Shown: positions 9,194-18,995, counted from the stretch's first letter. The stretch is DNA of 64,000 bases from Patescibacteria group bacterium (GCA_040388095.1 JAZKCM010000002.1:7264-71263); one strand, 5' to 3'. A program made the numbers and translations. The notes: generated by a model not told the origin, from the letters alone.

Positions 9194-9941
9194 AATAAGT
9201 AATGATTTTAAATTTCTTCGGGTCAAGGCTCGCTTTGCCGACGAGGACGCCATCGACGCCACCATGAACAACAAAGTCGTCGACATTTTTTTCATTTACC
9301 GAACCACCATAGAGTATTTTCATACTCTGCACAGCTTGCTGAGAAAAAATATCTGACAATATCTTCTTTATGAAAAGTGCCATTTCCTGACAGTCTGCAG
9401 TTGTCGTATCGTGCCGACCTGGTGTAGTCGATAATGCCCAGACTGGTTCATATGCGATGATTATTTTTCCAGCAGAATTTTTTGAAATACCAGAGAGTGC
9501 TTCTTCAAGCTCTGTTTTCACAACAGCAAAATATTCATGATTCATATCATGTACATCTCTTTCTTTTTCTCCAACACAGAGTATTGGAGAAAGCCCAGCT
9601 GACAATGCCATCTTTATTTTTTTATTTATTTGAATGTTAGTCTCTCCTAATGCTCGTCTTTCTGAATGTCCAATGATGACATATCTCACACCTGCGCCAT
9701 ATAACATATCAGCAGAGACTTCACCGGTAAATGCGCCACTTTCTTCAGAAGAGATATTCTGTGCGCCGAGTTTAGCTTTCTTAATAACTTTTTTTACTGC
9801 GTTTAAATATACAAATGGGACACAGAGTACGACACCGCTGACATCAGACGCTTTTGCAATCTTCACTGCTTCTTTTAGAGAGGAAGGGTTCATTTTCCAA
9901 TTAGCAATGACGAGCTTCTTTCCGATCTTTTTATTTTGCAT
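9186..9941 (-). CDS. tpiA: Triosephosphate isomerase
   Basis: 251 aa. VIANWKMN, IIGHSERR, IAYEPVWA, ILYGGSV. TIM signatures. Confidence 0.9.
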   Translation of the reverse strand: MQNKKIGKKLVIANWKMNPSSLKEAVKIAKASDVSGVVLCVPFVYLNAVKKVIKKAKLGAQNISSEESGAFTGEVSADMLYGAGVRYVIIGHSERRALGETNIQINKKIKMALSAGLSPILCVGEKERDVHDMNHEYFAVVKTELEEALSGISKNSAGKIIIAYEPVWALSTTPGRHDTTTADCQEMALFIKKILSDIFSQQAVQSMKILYGGSVNEKNVDDFVVHGGVDGVLVGKASLDPKKFKIITYYA

Positions 9942-9954
9942 CTCTCTAGTATAA

Positions 9955-9988
9955 CAAAAAACACTCTAGGTGAGTAGAGTGTTTTTTG
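9955..9988. terminator. Bidirectional terminator insulating the surface-protein locus from tpiA
   Basis: aaaaaa-acactcta-ggtgag-tagagtgt-tttttt. For the minus strand it follows the 3' end of the 9993..12188 gene. Confidence 0.6.
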
Positions 9989-9992
9989 TTTG

Positions 9993-12188
9993 TTACCAAG
10001 TAATTTTTATGTCTCCTGGTCCGCCATCATTTACACCTCCATAAACACTAGTACCCGCAGCACCAATAATATAATTAATAACAGTACCTGGATTAGGAAG
10101 AACACCATTAACATACTTAGCACCTGCACCTCCTCCTCCAGAATTATTTACCCAACCATTACCTCCATAACCTGGATTCTTTGTGCCCGAAGCGTTCAAT
10201 GAAACTCCTGCACAGAAATTTGCTCCTCCGCCAGGTGTTCCTCCACAACCTTTAGTAGAAGGAGTACCGAAGCTTCCATCACTAGAACCAGAAGGAGCAT
10301 CACCTCCACAAGGAGCAGAAGGATTCAATCCACAAGATGGACTACTTCCTCCGCCAAGTCCGCCAGCAGCATTTACAAGTACTGTAGATCCACTTTTAAG
10401 AATAGTGTTTGTTCCATTGTTACCATTATTAGGATATACAGCACCAGCTCCTCCAGGGCCTATTAAAGTAACATTGAAAGTCGGAACATTTAAGATAGGT
10501 CCGAATGAACCAGTAACATCAGAACCTGGATTACCTGTATTGTTTACAAAGAAACTACCTTTTATTTGAACAGTAACAGAATCAGAACTAATATCACCTG
10601 TAGTTGCTGGATTTCCATCTGAATCACAAGAAAGTGTAAATTGAGTAGTTCCAAAATTCTTTACACGTGGATGAGGAGATGATGAAAAACCAGAAAACCA
10701 AAAAGTAGAAGTATTACCTGCATTATTTTTAACACCAGTCCAATTTGAACTTACACTTACATCAACGTTGTTTCCTAATTCTTTTGCAGAAGCCGTACAT
10801 ATAGTAACTGGGGTCATTGGGTTTGCACTAAACGATAATGGAATTGGATATCCAGGTATACCACTAGATGTAAAATTAATAACATTAGGTGGTACTGTAA
10901 TAATACCTGCATTAGGTGCGAATGTAGAGTACGCTGGTGCTAAAGGATCAGAACCATTAAGATACAAATGCACAACTGGTGCGTGAATTTCGTCATTATC
11001 TTGTGCATTTACACAACCAGGGTCTGCGGGATAGTCGATAAAAGTATCATTATCATTATCTATACCATCAGAACATTGATATAGAGGTGCAGTGTATTCA
11101 GTATTATCAAATCTTGAAGTACAGCCAGAGTCAGCCGGAAAATCTATCTGACCATCAGCATCATTGTCTACGTGATCATAACACTGTGTTGGGCAAAGAT
11201 TTAATTTTCCATTTATATTTCCACAAACAAGTGCTGGGTACAAAACACCTGGGTTACTAGCACTAGATAACCCCGTAAAAATCCCATTCATTCCAAGCAC
11301 ATTACCAGAACTTGCATCAATATTAGCTCCTGTAGAGATAGTACTTCCAGCACTGATGCCATTTGCTACATCTAAATCTTCATCAAGTGAAACATAACCA
11401 GCAAAAATATTTGCTCTTTTTTGTGGTGATCCAGCAGTACTCCAGAAATTAATATATTCTCCATTTGTAACGATAGATACATATTTGTCAGAACTACCAG
11501 CGAATTTACCATTTAAGATGAGTGTGTCTTTTGATGTTGAATTAGATGTACTTCCGTTTTTCAAATCAACGAGTATTGGACCAGCGACATTGAGTGTGCC
11601 TGTTGTTGCAGGTGCTAATTGACCATTTTGTGATATTGAAACTTTACCAGTTGTGTAATCATTTAAAAGATTTGAAGTTGGAATCCAAGATGAACCATTA
11701 CTTCTCAATGTTTGACTGATTGTACCTGTTGGAAGACCTATGCCATGACTTAAAACATCAGCCCATGTGGTAACACAATCTCCTGTCGGAGGGACGACAG
11801 CTGGGGCAGCTTCGGCTATGTTTCCAAATATTGAATTTTTTGTATTGAAAGATACTGGGCCTGTTCCACTAGAACCACCTGTACCTGCTGGAGCAGGAGG
11901 AAGACAGAACCATGTAGCAGAGACTGCACCACCAGAGAGACTACCAGGATAGTTATCAGAAAAAGGAACTGCACCAGCAAAAATGTTGTTGTTTGAATAT
12001 ACATTACCTGCACCAAAGAGACCTGACTTGGTTTGAGAGTTTGGGCCGACGTTGATGGGGCCAAGAGCATTTGGAGTTGTAGGAGTACCAGATGGAATAG
12101 TCCACGCCGCAGATACAAAAGAAACAGCGACAGCAAAAAACAGACCGAGTATAAGACCTTTTATTATTTTAAGAAATTGTTTTTGCAT
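9993..12188 (-). CDS. Large secreted Gly/Asn/Thr/Ser-rich surface protein with Cys-flanked DxDxDG repeats (paralog A)
   Basis: 731 aa. N-terminal signal/TM. A 265-aa block is identical to the downstream paralog. Then CYDHVDNDADGQIDFPADSGC ... CSDGIDNDNDTFIDYPADPGC calcium-binding-like repeats and a Gly-rich C-terminus. Confidence 0.6.
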   Translation of the reverse strand: MQKQFLKIIKGLILGLFFAVAVSFVSAAWTIPSGTPTTPNALGPINVGPNSQTKSGLFGAGNVYSNNNIFAGAVPFSDNYPGSLSGGAVSATWFCLPPAPAGTGGSSGTGPVSFNTKNSIFGNIAEAAPAVVPPTGDCVTTWADVLSHGIGLPTGTISQTLRSNGSSWIPTSNLLNDYTTGKVSISQNGQLAPATTGTLNVAGPILVDLKNGSTSNSTSKDTLILNGKFAGSSDKYVSIVTNGEYINFWSTAGSPQKRANIFAGYVSLDEDLDVANGISAGSTISTGANIDASSGNVLGMNGIFTGLSSASNPGVLYPALVCGNINGKLNLCPTQCYDHVDNDADGQIDFPADSGCTSRFDNTEYTAPLYQCSDGIDNDNDTFIDYPADPGCVNAQDNDEIHAPVVHLYLNGSDPLAPAYSTFAPNAGIITVPPNVINFTSSGIPGYPIPLSFSANPMTPVTICTASAKELGNNVDVSVSSNWTGVKNNAGNTSTFWFSGFSSSPHPRVKNFGTTQFTLSCDSDGNPATTGDISSDSVTVQIKGSFFVNNTGNPGSDVTGSFGPILNVPTFNVTLIGPGGAGAVYPNNGNNGTNTILKSGSTVLVNAAGGLGGGSSPSCGLNPSAPCGGDAPSGSSDGSFGTPSTKGCGGTPGGGANFCAGVSLNASGTKNPGYGGNGWVNNSGGGGAGAKYVNGVLPNPGTVINYIIGAAGTSVYGGVNDGGPGDIKITW

Positions 12189-13064
12189 TTTTATTAATTA
12201 AAAAAATTATGGACAGATGATTAGCTTACCAGAAGAGTTTGCACAAATATTACTTGCAGCAGAACCTCCTAACCCCGTAAAAATCCCATTCATTCCAAGC
12301 ACATTACCAGAACTTGCATCAATATTAGCTCCTGTAGAGATAGTACTTCCAGCACTGATGCCATTTGCTACATCTAAATCTTCATCAAGTGAAACATAAC
12401 CAGCAAAAATATTTGCTCTTTTTTGTGGTGATCCAGCAGTACTCCAGAAATTAATATATTCTCCATTTGTAACGATAGATACATATTTGTCAGAACTACC
12501 AGCGAATTTACCATTTAAGATGAGTGTGTCTTTTGATGTTGAATTAGATGTACTTCCGTTTTTCAAATCAACGAGTATTGGACCAGCGACATTGAGTGTG
12601 CCTGTTGTTGCAGGTGCTAATTGACCATTTTGTGATATTGAAACTTTACCAGTTGTGTAATCATTTAAAAGATTTGAAGTTGGAATCCAAGATGAACCAT
12701 TACTTCTCAATGTTTGACTGATTGTACCTGTTGGAAGACCTATGCCATGACTTAAAACATCAGCCCATGTGGTAACACAATCTCCTGTCGGAGGGACGAC
12801 AGCTGGGGCAGCTTCGGCTATGTTTCCAAATATTGAATTTTTTGTATTGAAAGATACTGGGCCTGTTCCACTAGAACCACCTGTACCTGCTGGAGCAGGA
12901 GGAAGACAGAACCATGTAGCAGAGACTGCACCACCAGAGAGACTACCAGGATAGTTATCAGAAAAAGGAACTGCACCAGCAAAAATGTTGTTGTTTGAAT
13001 ATACATTACCTGCACCAAAGAGACCTGACTTGGTTTGAGAGTTTGGGCCGACGTTGATGGGGCC
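11268..13064. repeat. Tandem direct duplication: two 795-bp copies (11268..12062 and 12270..13064), 100% identical where checked, period 1002 bp
   Basis: Identity confirmed by comparing several 60-nt lines at offset 1002. Antisense ORFs 11767..11952 and 12769..12954 have identical 61-aa translations. The copies lie inside paralogs A and B. Confidence 0.85.
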
Positions 13065-13181
13065 GTAGACATTTCCACTTGGTGGATTAGCTGGCGGAGG
13101 AAAAGCTAAAGCTGAAAGTGTACTCAATCCGAATACGAGACCGATAACGAAAATTTTTGCTAGTTGTAAATCTTTTTTCAT
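12207..13181 (-). CDS. Secreted surface protein, short paralog B sharing the duplicated 265-aa block
   Basis: 324 aa. Own signal peptide (MKKDLQLAKIFVIGLVFGLSTLSALA), then a block identical to paralog A, then a 20-aa unique tail. Confidence 0.55.
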   Translation of the reverse strand: MKKDLQLAKIFVIGLVFGLSTLSALAFPPPANPPSGNVYGPINVGPNSQTKSGLFGAGNVYSNNNIFAGAVPFSDNYPGSLSGGAVSATWFCLPPAPAGTGGSSGTGPVSFNTKNSIFGNIAEAAPAVVPPTGDCVTTWADVLSHGIGLPTGTISQTLRSNGSSWIPTSNLLNDYTTGKVSISQNGQLAPATTGTLNVAGPILVDLKNGSTSNSTSKDTLILNGKFAGSSDKYVSIVTNGEYINFWSTAGSPQKRANIFAGYVSLDEDLDVANGISAGSTISTGANIDASSGNVLGMNGIFTGLGGSAASNICANSSGKLIICP

Positions 13182-13239
13182 AATATTTTAATAATCCTAA
13201 TAATTTACTAATAATTGTATTGTCATAATTATAACACTT

Positions 13240-15912
13240 CTAAATTTCTTTGTATGCTGGAATTTTTATCTGCTTACAGTCTAGACCTATTGGAATTCGA
13301 ACAACAGCAGAATATGGTCCATCAGTACCCTTACAAGACAAAGTGTATGTTGAAGTTTCAGAATAAGGAAGTACTAATGTTTGTGCTAAAGGAAGAGGAT
13401 TATCTAAAGGGTAGTCTTCATTGATACCAAGCGTCGTATCTTCTCTATTAATAAAACAAGACGTCATATCCTGTAGACCTGTAGCCCGGAGACTTACAGT
13501 CGTTGCAGTTGGTACGACACAGCTCGGTGCAGAGAGTGCTGGGAAAACCTTACAACTATTTTGAGAAGTAACATTTATCTGATTAGTCATTTCGATAGGA
13601 TCGCTACTTGCTGTCGGGCAACTCATATGCACTGTATAACCCATATCTTGTGTTAAATTATTTATGAAAGGAAGTTGATATTGAGCAGATGAAGATGTTG
13701 GAATTGCTACATCATTTGTCTGAACAACCTTACCTGAAGCATTAATAAATTCTACAGTACATTTATATTTTCCAGGATCTGCAAGAAGCTGGTAATCACT
13801 CATATTTACATTTACATATGCAGTTTGAGTCTTACAATCATAACCAGTACTACTGATGTAATTATTTCCTTGTGCTGGATTACACGTTGGATCAGATGGA
13901 TCACACGTCTTGGTTTTCATCTGAACATCAATCTTTGCTTTTAATACTGAACCATTAGTAAGATTACAAGCTAATGTATAAAAAATTTCTGTTGTAGGAC
14001 TGTCCGCAGTACTTAAATCTCCTCCCCATTGTGGTATGGTTGCATTAAACGTAGAATTACCAAATCCCCAAGCAGGGTTATTGTCATTATGCAAAGAACA
14101 ATCATAAAAAGTTATTCCTTGCGCAGTAGAAGTTCTTATATTTTTCATTGACCATTCAAATTGGATCGGATTGTCAGTCGTCGGATCGATTTGAATAATC
14201 TTTGTTTCTGAAAGTGATCCGGCTGGATCATTTGTTCCAGTTGCCTCAACTCCATTTACTCTTAATTTTGCAATACTGTATTGAGTTGTTTTCTTTTGTA
14301 CGATAACTGTAACAGTACCACTAATACGAGCACCACTTTTTAGAGAAGAATCACAATTTAATGTATAAATGTATGTTCCAGGAGCATCGATTGAAAAATC
14401 TGGTTTATAAAGTAATGGATTTGTAGTAACCGAAGGACAATCTTTTTTAGAATTCCAATTTGTAATATCATTACCAGTAGCTGTACCATCTTTGTTCAAG
14501 TTATAACCAATAGAAGATAAACTTATCGGATCACTCTGCCCTACGGTCACTGTCCCTGAAACTCCATTTGCATACATCATAAGAGAAGAAACTTTTTTAT
14601 TTATAGTGACCATAACATTTGCGACGAAAACCTGTTCTTGTTTTGAAGATTTACCAGAACCGATACAAGTCACAGTATAAATCGCATCATCAGTAGGAAC
14701 AAATGAACTTACTCCAAGATTATTTGGTGTAATAGTTTTCTTAATCCCAAGTGGTGAAAAATTCCAATGCGAATCTCTTAGACTATTTGTTGCAACACAA
14801 CTTTCAGGCAAAAAATATTCTACATTATCAGCTCCCCATTCGATGTTGATTGTATGACCAGGAAGAACAGTCATTTTTGGTATTGGACTATTTTGAGTCA
14901 CACTTGTTGATATATCTTGAACTGTATTTGAAGGATCTAAAACTTCAGTTGCTCTTATTAAAACTTTTGGATCTAAACCTGGATTTATTTTTACTTTAAC
15001 TGTGCTTGATATTGTACCGCCAGTTGATTTTGTACAAGTTATCGTATATGTATATGTTTCTGCAACAGAACCAGGAATAATAAAAGCGATATGTGGTGCA
15101 TATGCGATAGGAACTGTCGTAGGGCATGTTACTGTTGTACGATTTGTCCAATTTATAGTATCGTCTCCGCCGACAGTTGCAGATCCACCATTTAATCCAG
15201 TTCCTGAAGCGGACAATGTAAAATAATCATCTGAATTTACAGTAAGCAATCCACCCGAACTCACTGTTCCAGTAGATTCGTCTGTCGCAATCAAGTTAAG
15301 CGTCGGTGTAGTGATGCTATGTGGTAATATTTTTGCCTGAGTAAAACTGATCCAGCCATTTACATTTGAACCCCACGCATAAGAATTGGCAACAGGAAGA
15401 CCAGAAGTTAGATTGAAACTAACGCCATATAAAGGTGAACTAACAGAATTCGTAGAAGAAAGACTAATCCAGCCGTCAGCCCAATCTGAAGCGATACCCC
15501 CAGAAGTCTCATTATCATTTGGAAATGGAGAGGAGCTTGAAATATTTGCAAGTGACCAAGCTCTCGCCCATCCAGAGAGTTTACCTGTTGCAAAATCAAT
15601 TTTTGCTTGAGTTCCAGCTGACGGCATACCTATCAAATCACCAAATTGTATCCAGCCGATATTGTCTGACCAAGCATATCCAGTAATATTGCCCTTAGTA
15701 GCGTCATAATTAAGGCCATAATCAGGACCAGTACAGGTGGACGAATCAGCAGGATTTGTACAACTATTCAGACTAATCCAGCCAGTACCATCTGACCAAC
15801 CCCAACCATATATATTGTCACCCTTAGATGCCTGAATTGTATTAAAAGAAACAAAAAAACTAGTAATAACGATGAATGTGGCTAAAAGATAGGTTGAAAG
15901 GTTTTTTTTCAT
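13240..15912 (-). CDS. Giant secreted Thr/Ser/Asn/Gly-rich surface protein with Trp-containing repeats
   Basis: 890 aa. Signal peptide MKKNLSTYLLATFIVITSFFVSFNTIQA. Repeated units YGWGWSDGTGWISLNS / GYAWSDNIGWIQFGD / SYAWGSNVNGWISFTQ. Confidence 0.6.
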   Translation of the reverse strand: MKKNLSTYLLATFIVITSFFVSFNTIQASKGDNIYGWGWSDGTGWISLNSCTNPADSSTCTGPDYGLNYDATKGNITGYAWSDNIGWIQFGDLIGMPSAGTQAKIDFATGKLSGWARAWSLANISSSSPFPNDNETSGGIASDWADGWISLSSTNSVSSPLYGVSFNLTSGLPVANSYAWGSNVNGWISFTQAKILPHSITTPTLNLIATDESTGTVSSGGLLTVNSDDYFTLSASGTGLNGGSATVGGDDTINWTNRTTVTCPTTVPIAYAPHIAFIIPGSVAETYTYTITCTKSTGGTISSTVKVKINPGLDPKVLIRATEVLDPSNTVQDISTSVTQNSPIPKMTVLPGHTINIEWGADNVEYFLPESCVATNSLRDSHWNFSPLGIKKTITPNNLGVSSFVPTDDAIYTVTCIGSGKSSKQEQVFVANVMVTINKKVSSLMMYANGVSGTVTVGQSDPISLSSIGYNLNKDGTATGNDITNWNSKKDCPSVTTNPLLYKPDFSIDAPGTYIYTLNCDSSLKSGARISGTVTVIVQKKTTQYSIAKLRVNGVEATGTNDPAGSLSETKIIQIDPTTDNPIQFEWSMKNIRTSTAQGITFYDCSLHNDNNPAWGFGNSTFNATIPQWGGDLSTADSPTTEIFYTLACNLTNGSVLKAKIDVQMKTKTCDPSDPTCNPAQGNNYISSTGYDCKTQTAYVNVNMSDYQLLADPGKYKCTVEFINASGKVVQTNDVAIPTSSSAQYQLPFINNLTQDMGYTVHMSCPTASSDPIEMTNQINVTSQNSCKVFPALSAPSCVVPTATTVSLRATGLQDMTSCFINREDTTLGINEDYPLDNPLPLAQTLVLPYSETSTYTLSCKGTDGPYSAVVRIPIGLDCKQIKIPAYKEI

Positions 15913-15919
15913 TTTTATT

Positions 15920-16222
15920 TTAATTAAAACTACTTAAAATTGCTTTTTTCTCTTCTGCTGTTAGATTTTTGGGTTGATTTTCCTGATCATTCAATTCTTT
16001 AATAATCTGCTTTCTTTCATCATCAGAAACAGCGATTGAGCTGGAATTCGAGCTGAGCTCGTTGATGATTGCACTACGCTCTTGTTGTGAAAGATTAGGG
16101 AGGACAGCAGGTTCTGTATTTTTATTTACAACAGTAATGTAATAGTAGTATGAGAGACCACCTAAAATAATTATGACGAGAATAAATAAAAAGACACCCA
16201 TTTTCTTGTTATCTTGAAACAT
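15920..16222 (-). CDS. Small single-pass membrane protein with short internal repeats
   Basis: 100 aa. TM helix GVFLFILVIIILGGLSYYYYITVV, then repeated SAIINELSS / KQIIKELND / KKAILSSFN units. Confidence 0.4.
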   Translation of the reverse strand: MFQDNKKMGVFLFILVIIILGGLSYYYYITVVNKNTEPAVLPNLSQQERSAIINELSSNSSSIAVSDDERKQIIKELNDQENQPKNLTAEEKKAILSSFN

Positions 16223-16295
16223 ATACTATATATTATACACCGAATAAAATTAAAATGTAGAATTTTGTGGAAAACTTTTTACATTTTTTCTCAAA

Positions 16296-16324
16296 TTGAC
16301 TTATTTGCCATTTTGCGATAATAT
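16296..16324 (+). promoter_or_regulatory. Candidate sigma70-type promoter for nusA
   Basis: ttgact (16296-16301), 17-nt spacer, taatat (16319-16324), about 75 nt upstream of the nusA ATG. Confidence 0.35.
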
Positions 16325-16399
16325 AAAAAGTATTAGTCCGTCATAAAACGGGCTTTTTTAGTAAAAATTTAATAGCGATAATAATAAAAGAATTACATT

Positions 16400-17602
16400 A
16401 TGTTAGATCTCAAAACAATGAAGTCAGCGCTCGAACAACTCGAAGAAGAGCGAAAAATACCAAAAGAAAAAATAATCGAAGCCATAGAGCAAGCGATGGC
16501 CGCTGCGTATAAAAAAGATTACGGCAAAAAAGGACAAATCATCCGTGCGAAATTCGATATGGAGACAGGTCAGACTGATTTTTATCAAGTCAAGATCGTC
16601 GTCGATGAAACAATCGTAAAAATGCCAAAAGATGGCGAAGAAGAAAATGAAGAAGAGTACGATGTTCAAGAAGACGGTGATGAACGACCACGATTCAATG
16701 CTGAGCATCACATCCTAGTTGAAGATGCGAAAAAAATGAAAAAAGATGTCGAGCTCAATGATGAGATGATCTTTATGCTTGAACAGAAAGATGATTACGG
16801 CCGTATCGCAGCACAAACAGCAAAACAAGTTATCATACAACGTATTCGTGAAGCAGAACGCACATCTATTATGGATGAATACGGTACAAAAGAAGGAGAA
16901 ATCATTTCTGGTGTTGTACAAAAGATCGAAAGAGGCAATCTCTATATCGATTTCAACCGTGCGACAGGCGTGCTTCCAACTGAAGAACAAATCCCTGGAG
17001 AATTTTTCCGACAAGGACAAAGAATCCGTGCATATTTGTATTCTGTCGAAGAATCTCCTCGTGGTATCAACCTCCGCCTTTCACGTACACATCCGAAATT
17101 CTTGGAAAAACTTTTTGCTCTTGAAGCACCAGAAGTTACAAATGGTGTCGTTGAAATAAAGAGTATTGCTCGTGAAGCAGGAAGTCGTTCGAAGATCGCT
17201 GTGTTCTCAAATGATGAACACATCGACCCAGTCGGCTCTTGTGTCGGACAAAAAGGAACTCGCGTAAATACTATTACTAATGAACTCTCAAATGAAAAGA
17301 TCGATATCATTCCTTGGTCTACTGATCCAAAAGAATATGTTTCAAATGCTATCTCTCCTGCGAAAGTTCTCACTATCGAAGTCGATGAGAAAGAACATAA
17401 AGCAGTCATCGAAGTCGCTGAAGATCAGCTTTCACTCGCTATCGGTAAAGGAGGACAAAATGTTCGCCTCGCTGCGAAACTCACTGGTTGGAGAATCGAC
17501 ATCAAAGGAAAAGGTGGTGAAGTCGCTTCAACTGATGGAGAAAAAGTAGAAGTCACTCCAGAAGCAGAAGAAGTTATTGAAAAGACAGAAGACGCAGAAT
17601 AA
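16400..17602 (+). CDS. nusA: Transcription termination/antitermination factor NusA
   Basis: 400 aa. N-terminal NusA domain, S1-like region and two KH domains (VGSCVGQKGTRVNTIT; AIGKGGQNVRLAAKLTGWRIDI). Confidence 0.9.
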   Translation: MLDLKTMKSALEQLEEERKIPKEKIIEAIEQAMAAAYKKDYGKKGQIIRAKFDMETGQTDFYQVKIVVDETIVKMPKDGEEENEEEYDVQEDGDERPRFNAEHHILVEDAKKMKKDVELNDEMIFMLEQKDDYGRIAAQTAKQVIIQRIREAERTSIMDEYGTKEGEIISGVVQKIERGNLYIDFNRATGVLPTEEQIPGEFFRQGQRIRAYLYSVEESPRGINLRLSRTHPKFLEKLFALEAPEVTNGVVEIKSIAREAGSRSKIAVFSNDEHIDPVGSCVGQKGTRVNTITNELSNEKIDIIPWSTDPKEYVSNAISPAKVLTIEVDEKEHKAVIEVAEDQLSLAIGKGGQNVRLAAKLTGWRIDIKGKGGEVASTDGEKVEVTPEAEEVIEKTEDAE

Positions 17603-17636
17603 AATTATATAATTAACAAAGTTAAAAAATAATTCT

Positions 17637-18221
17637 ATGGCAAATATAAATCAAAAACCTTCGAAGTATATGTACAACCTTTTGCACGTGCTCCCAGCAT
17701 TTGCGAAAGAAGAAGAAAAAGTTATCAATGCGATCATTGAAGTCTCAGCAGGAAGTATCAACAAATACGAAATGATAACTGAGAGCGGACAGCTCAAGCT
17801 CGACCGCGTCGGCTATTCTTCCCTTTCATATCCTTTCACTTACGGAGCAATTCCGATGACTTGGGATTATGATGGTGATCCACTCGATGTAGAAATCGTA
17901 AACATTACAGAGCCATTAGTCCCTGGTTCACTCGTCGAAGCTCGCGTTATCGGTGTTATGAAATTCATCGATGGCGGTGAAGTAGACGACAAAATCATCG
18001 CAGTCTTAAATGATGATAGACGCTCAGACCATATCAAGCATGTGGATGACCTCGGTGAATATTTCAAAACACAGACGAAATATTTCTGGGAAAATGTTAA
18101 ATATCTCAAGAAACCTGGAACTGGAGTTGTGGAAACATTCTATGGACCAGACGAAGCTGTAAAAGTCATCAATGAGTGTAAAGAAAAATACGAAAAAGAG
18201 TACGCTCCGAAATTAGATTAA
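17637..18221 (+). CDS. ppa: Inorganic pyrophosphatase (family I)
   Basis: 194 aa. IEVSAGSINKYE ... GAIPMTWDYDGDPLDVEIV ... ARVIGVMKFIDGGEVDDKIIAV. Confidence 0.9.
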   Translation: MANINQKPSKYMYNLLHVLPAFAKEEEKVINAIIEVSAGSINKYEMITESGQLKLDRVGYSSLSYPFTYGAIPMTWDYDGDPLDVEIVNITEPLVPGSLVEARVIGVMKFIDGGEVDDKIIAVLNDDRRSDHIKHVDDLGEYFKTQTKYFWENVKYLKKPGTGVVETFYGPDEAVKVINECKEKYEKEYAPKLD

Positions 18222-18235
18222 AATCCTAAAAATAA

Positions 18236-18268
18236 AAGCCCCCGCTTTGCGGGGGCTTTTATTTTTTC
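18236..18268 (+). terminator. Rho-independent terminator after ppa
   Basis: gcccccgc-ttt-gcgggggc followed by ttttatttttt. Confidence 0.65.
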
Positions 18269-18327
18269 AAAAGGTGTATAATAAAGGAGTGAGTCGTAAT
18301 TATAAGTTTTAAAGATTAAATAAAAAT

Positions 18328-18969
18328 ATGAATAAAAAATATGTAAGTTTAGCAGGTATTTTATTAATGGCATTTGCTTTGAATGTCGCTCCAGCAAAAG
18401 CTGAATATGGCTTCTCTGGAAACGTCGATGCAAGAGTCGGCGCTGACGGCGTAACGACAGTCAACGTAAACGGTCTCGCGAATCCAGCAACTGGAGGAGT
18501 TATGCCGATAAAAGGACAGTTCAAAGTAAATACAGAAGAAAATGCAAAACTCCGTGCAGAGATGAAGGATGACCGTGCGGAATACAAAGATGACAGAGAT
18601 GAAATGAAATTCAAAATCCGTGCAAACATAATGATGAATTTCATACAAAGAACAGAGAACCTTACAAATATCGCGACAAGAGTAAAGACTCGCATTGCGA
18701 AAATGAAAGCAAAAGGTATCGATATGACAGTTGCTACAAATTTTGAAGCAAAAGCTGAAGTAAGTATTGCTCAAGCAAAAGATCTCGCAATCAAAGCAAA
18801 AGCTTCAGTCGATGCGCATGCAAGCAAAGATGAAATCAAAGCAAATTTCAAAGCAGTAAAAGATGCTTTGAAACAAGCACATGAATATTTGTCACAAGCA
18901 GTTCAGGAAATCAAATCAAAGGTCGAAGTAAAAGCAAATACTTCTACGACAGTAAATACAAATCAGTAA
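18328..18969 (+). CDS. Secreted Lys/Ala/Glu-rich (coiled-coil-like) protein
   Basis: 213 aa. Signal peptide MNKKYVSLAGILLMAFALNVAPAKA; low-complexity helical repeats. Confidence 0.5.
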   Translation: MNKKYVSLAGILLMAFALNVAPAKAEYGFSGNVDARVGADGVTTVNVNGLANPATGGVMPIKGQFKVNTEENAKLRAEMKDDRAEYKDDRDEMKFKIRANIMMNFIQRTENLTNIATRVKTRIAKMKAKGIDMTVATNFEAKAEVSIAQAKDLAIKAKASVDAHASKDEIKANFKAVKDALKQAHEYLSQAVQEIKSKVEVKANTSTTVNTNQ

Positions 18970-18995
18970 TATTATAAGCACTAATTTATATTCAC

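Noticed and set aside
11268-13064. Tandem repeat as a diversity-generating retroelement (TR/VR pair)
   Set aside because: No reverse transcriptase is present in the window. The two copies are identical rather than differing at adenine positions, and both lie within coding sequence.
11767-13078. Antisense ORFs 11767..11952, 12769..12954, 11816..12136 and 12818..13078 inside the duplicated block
   Set aside because: These are shadow ORFs on the strand opposite the long surface-protein genes. Their identical translations simply reflect the DNA duplication; they have no independent start context and low-complexity composition.
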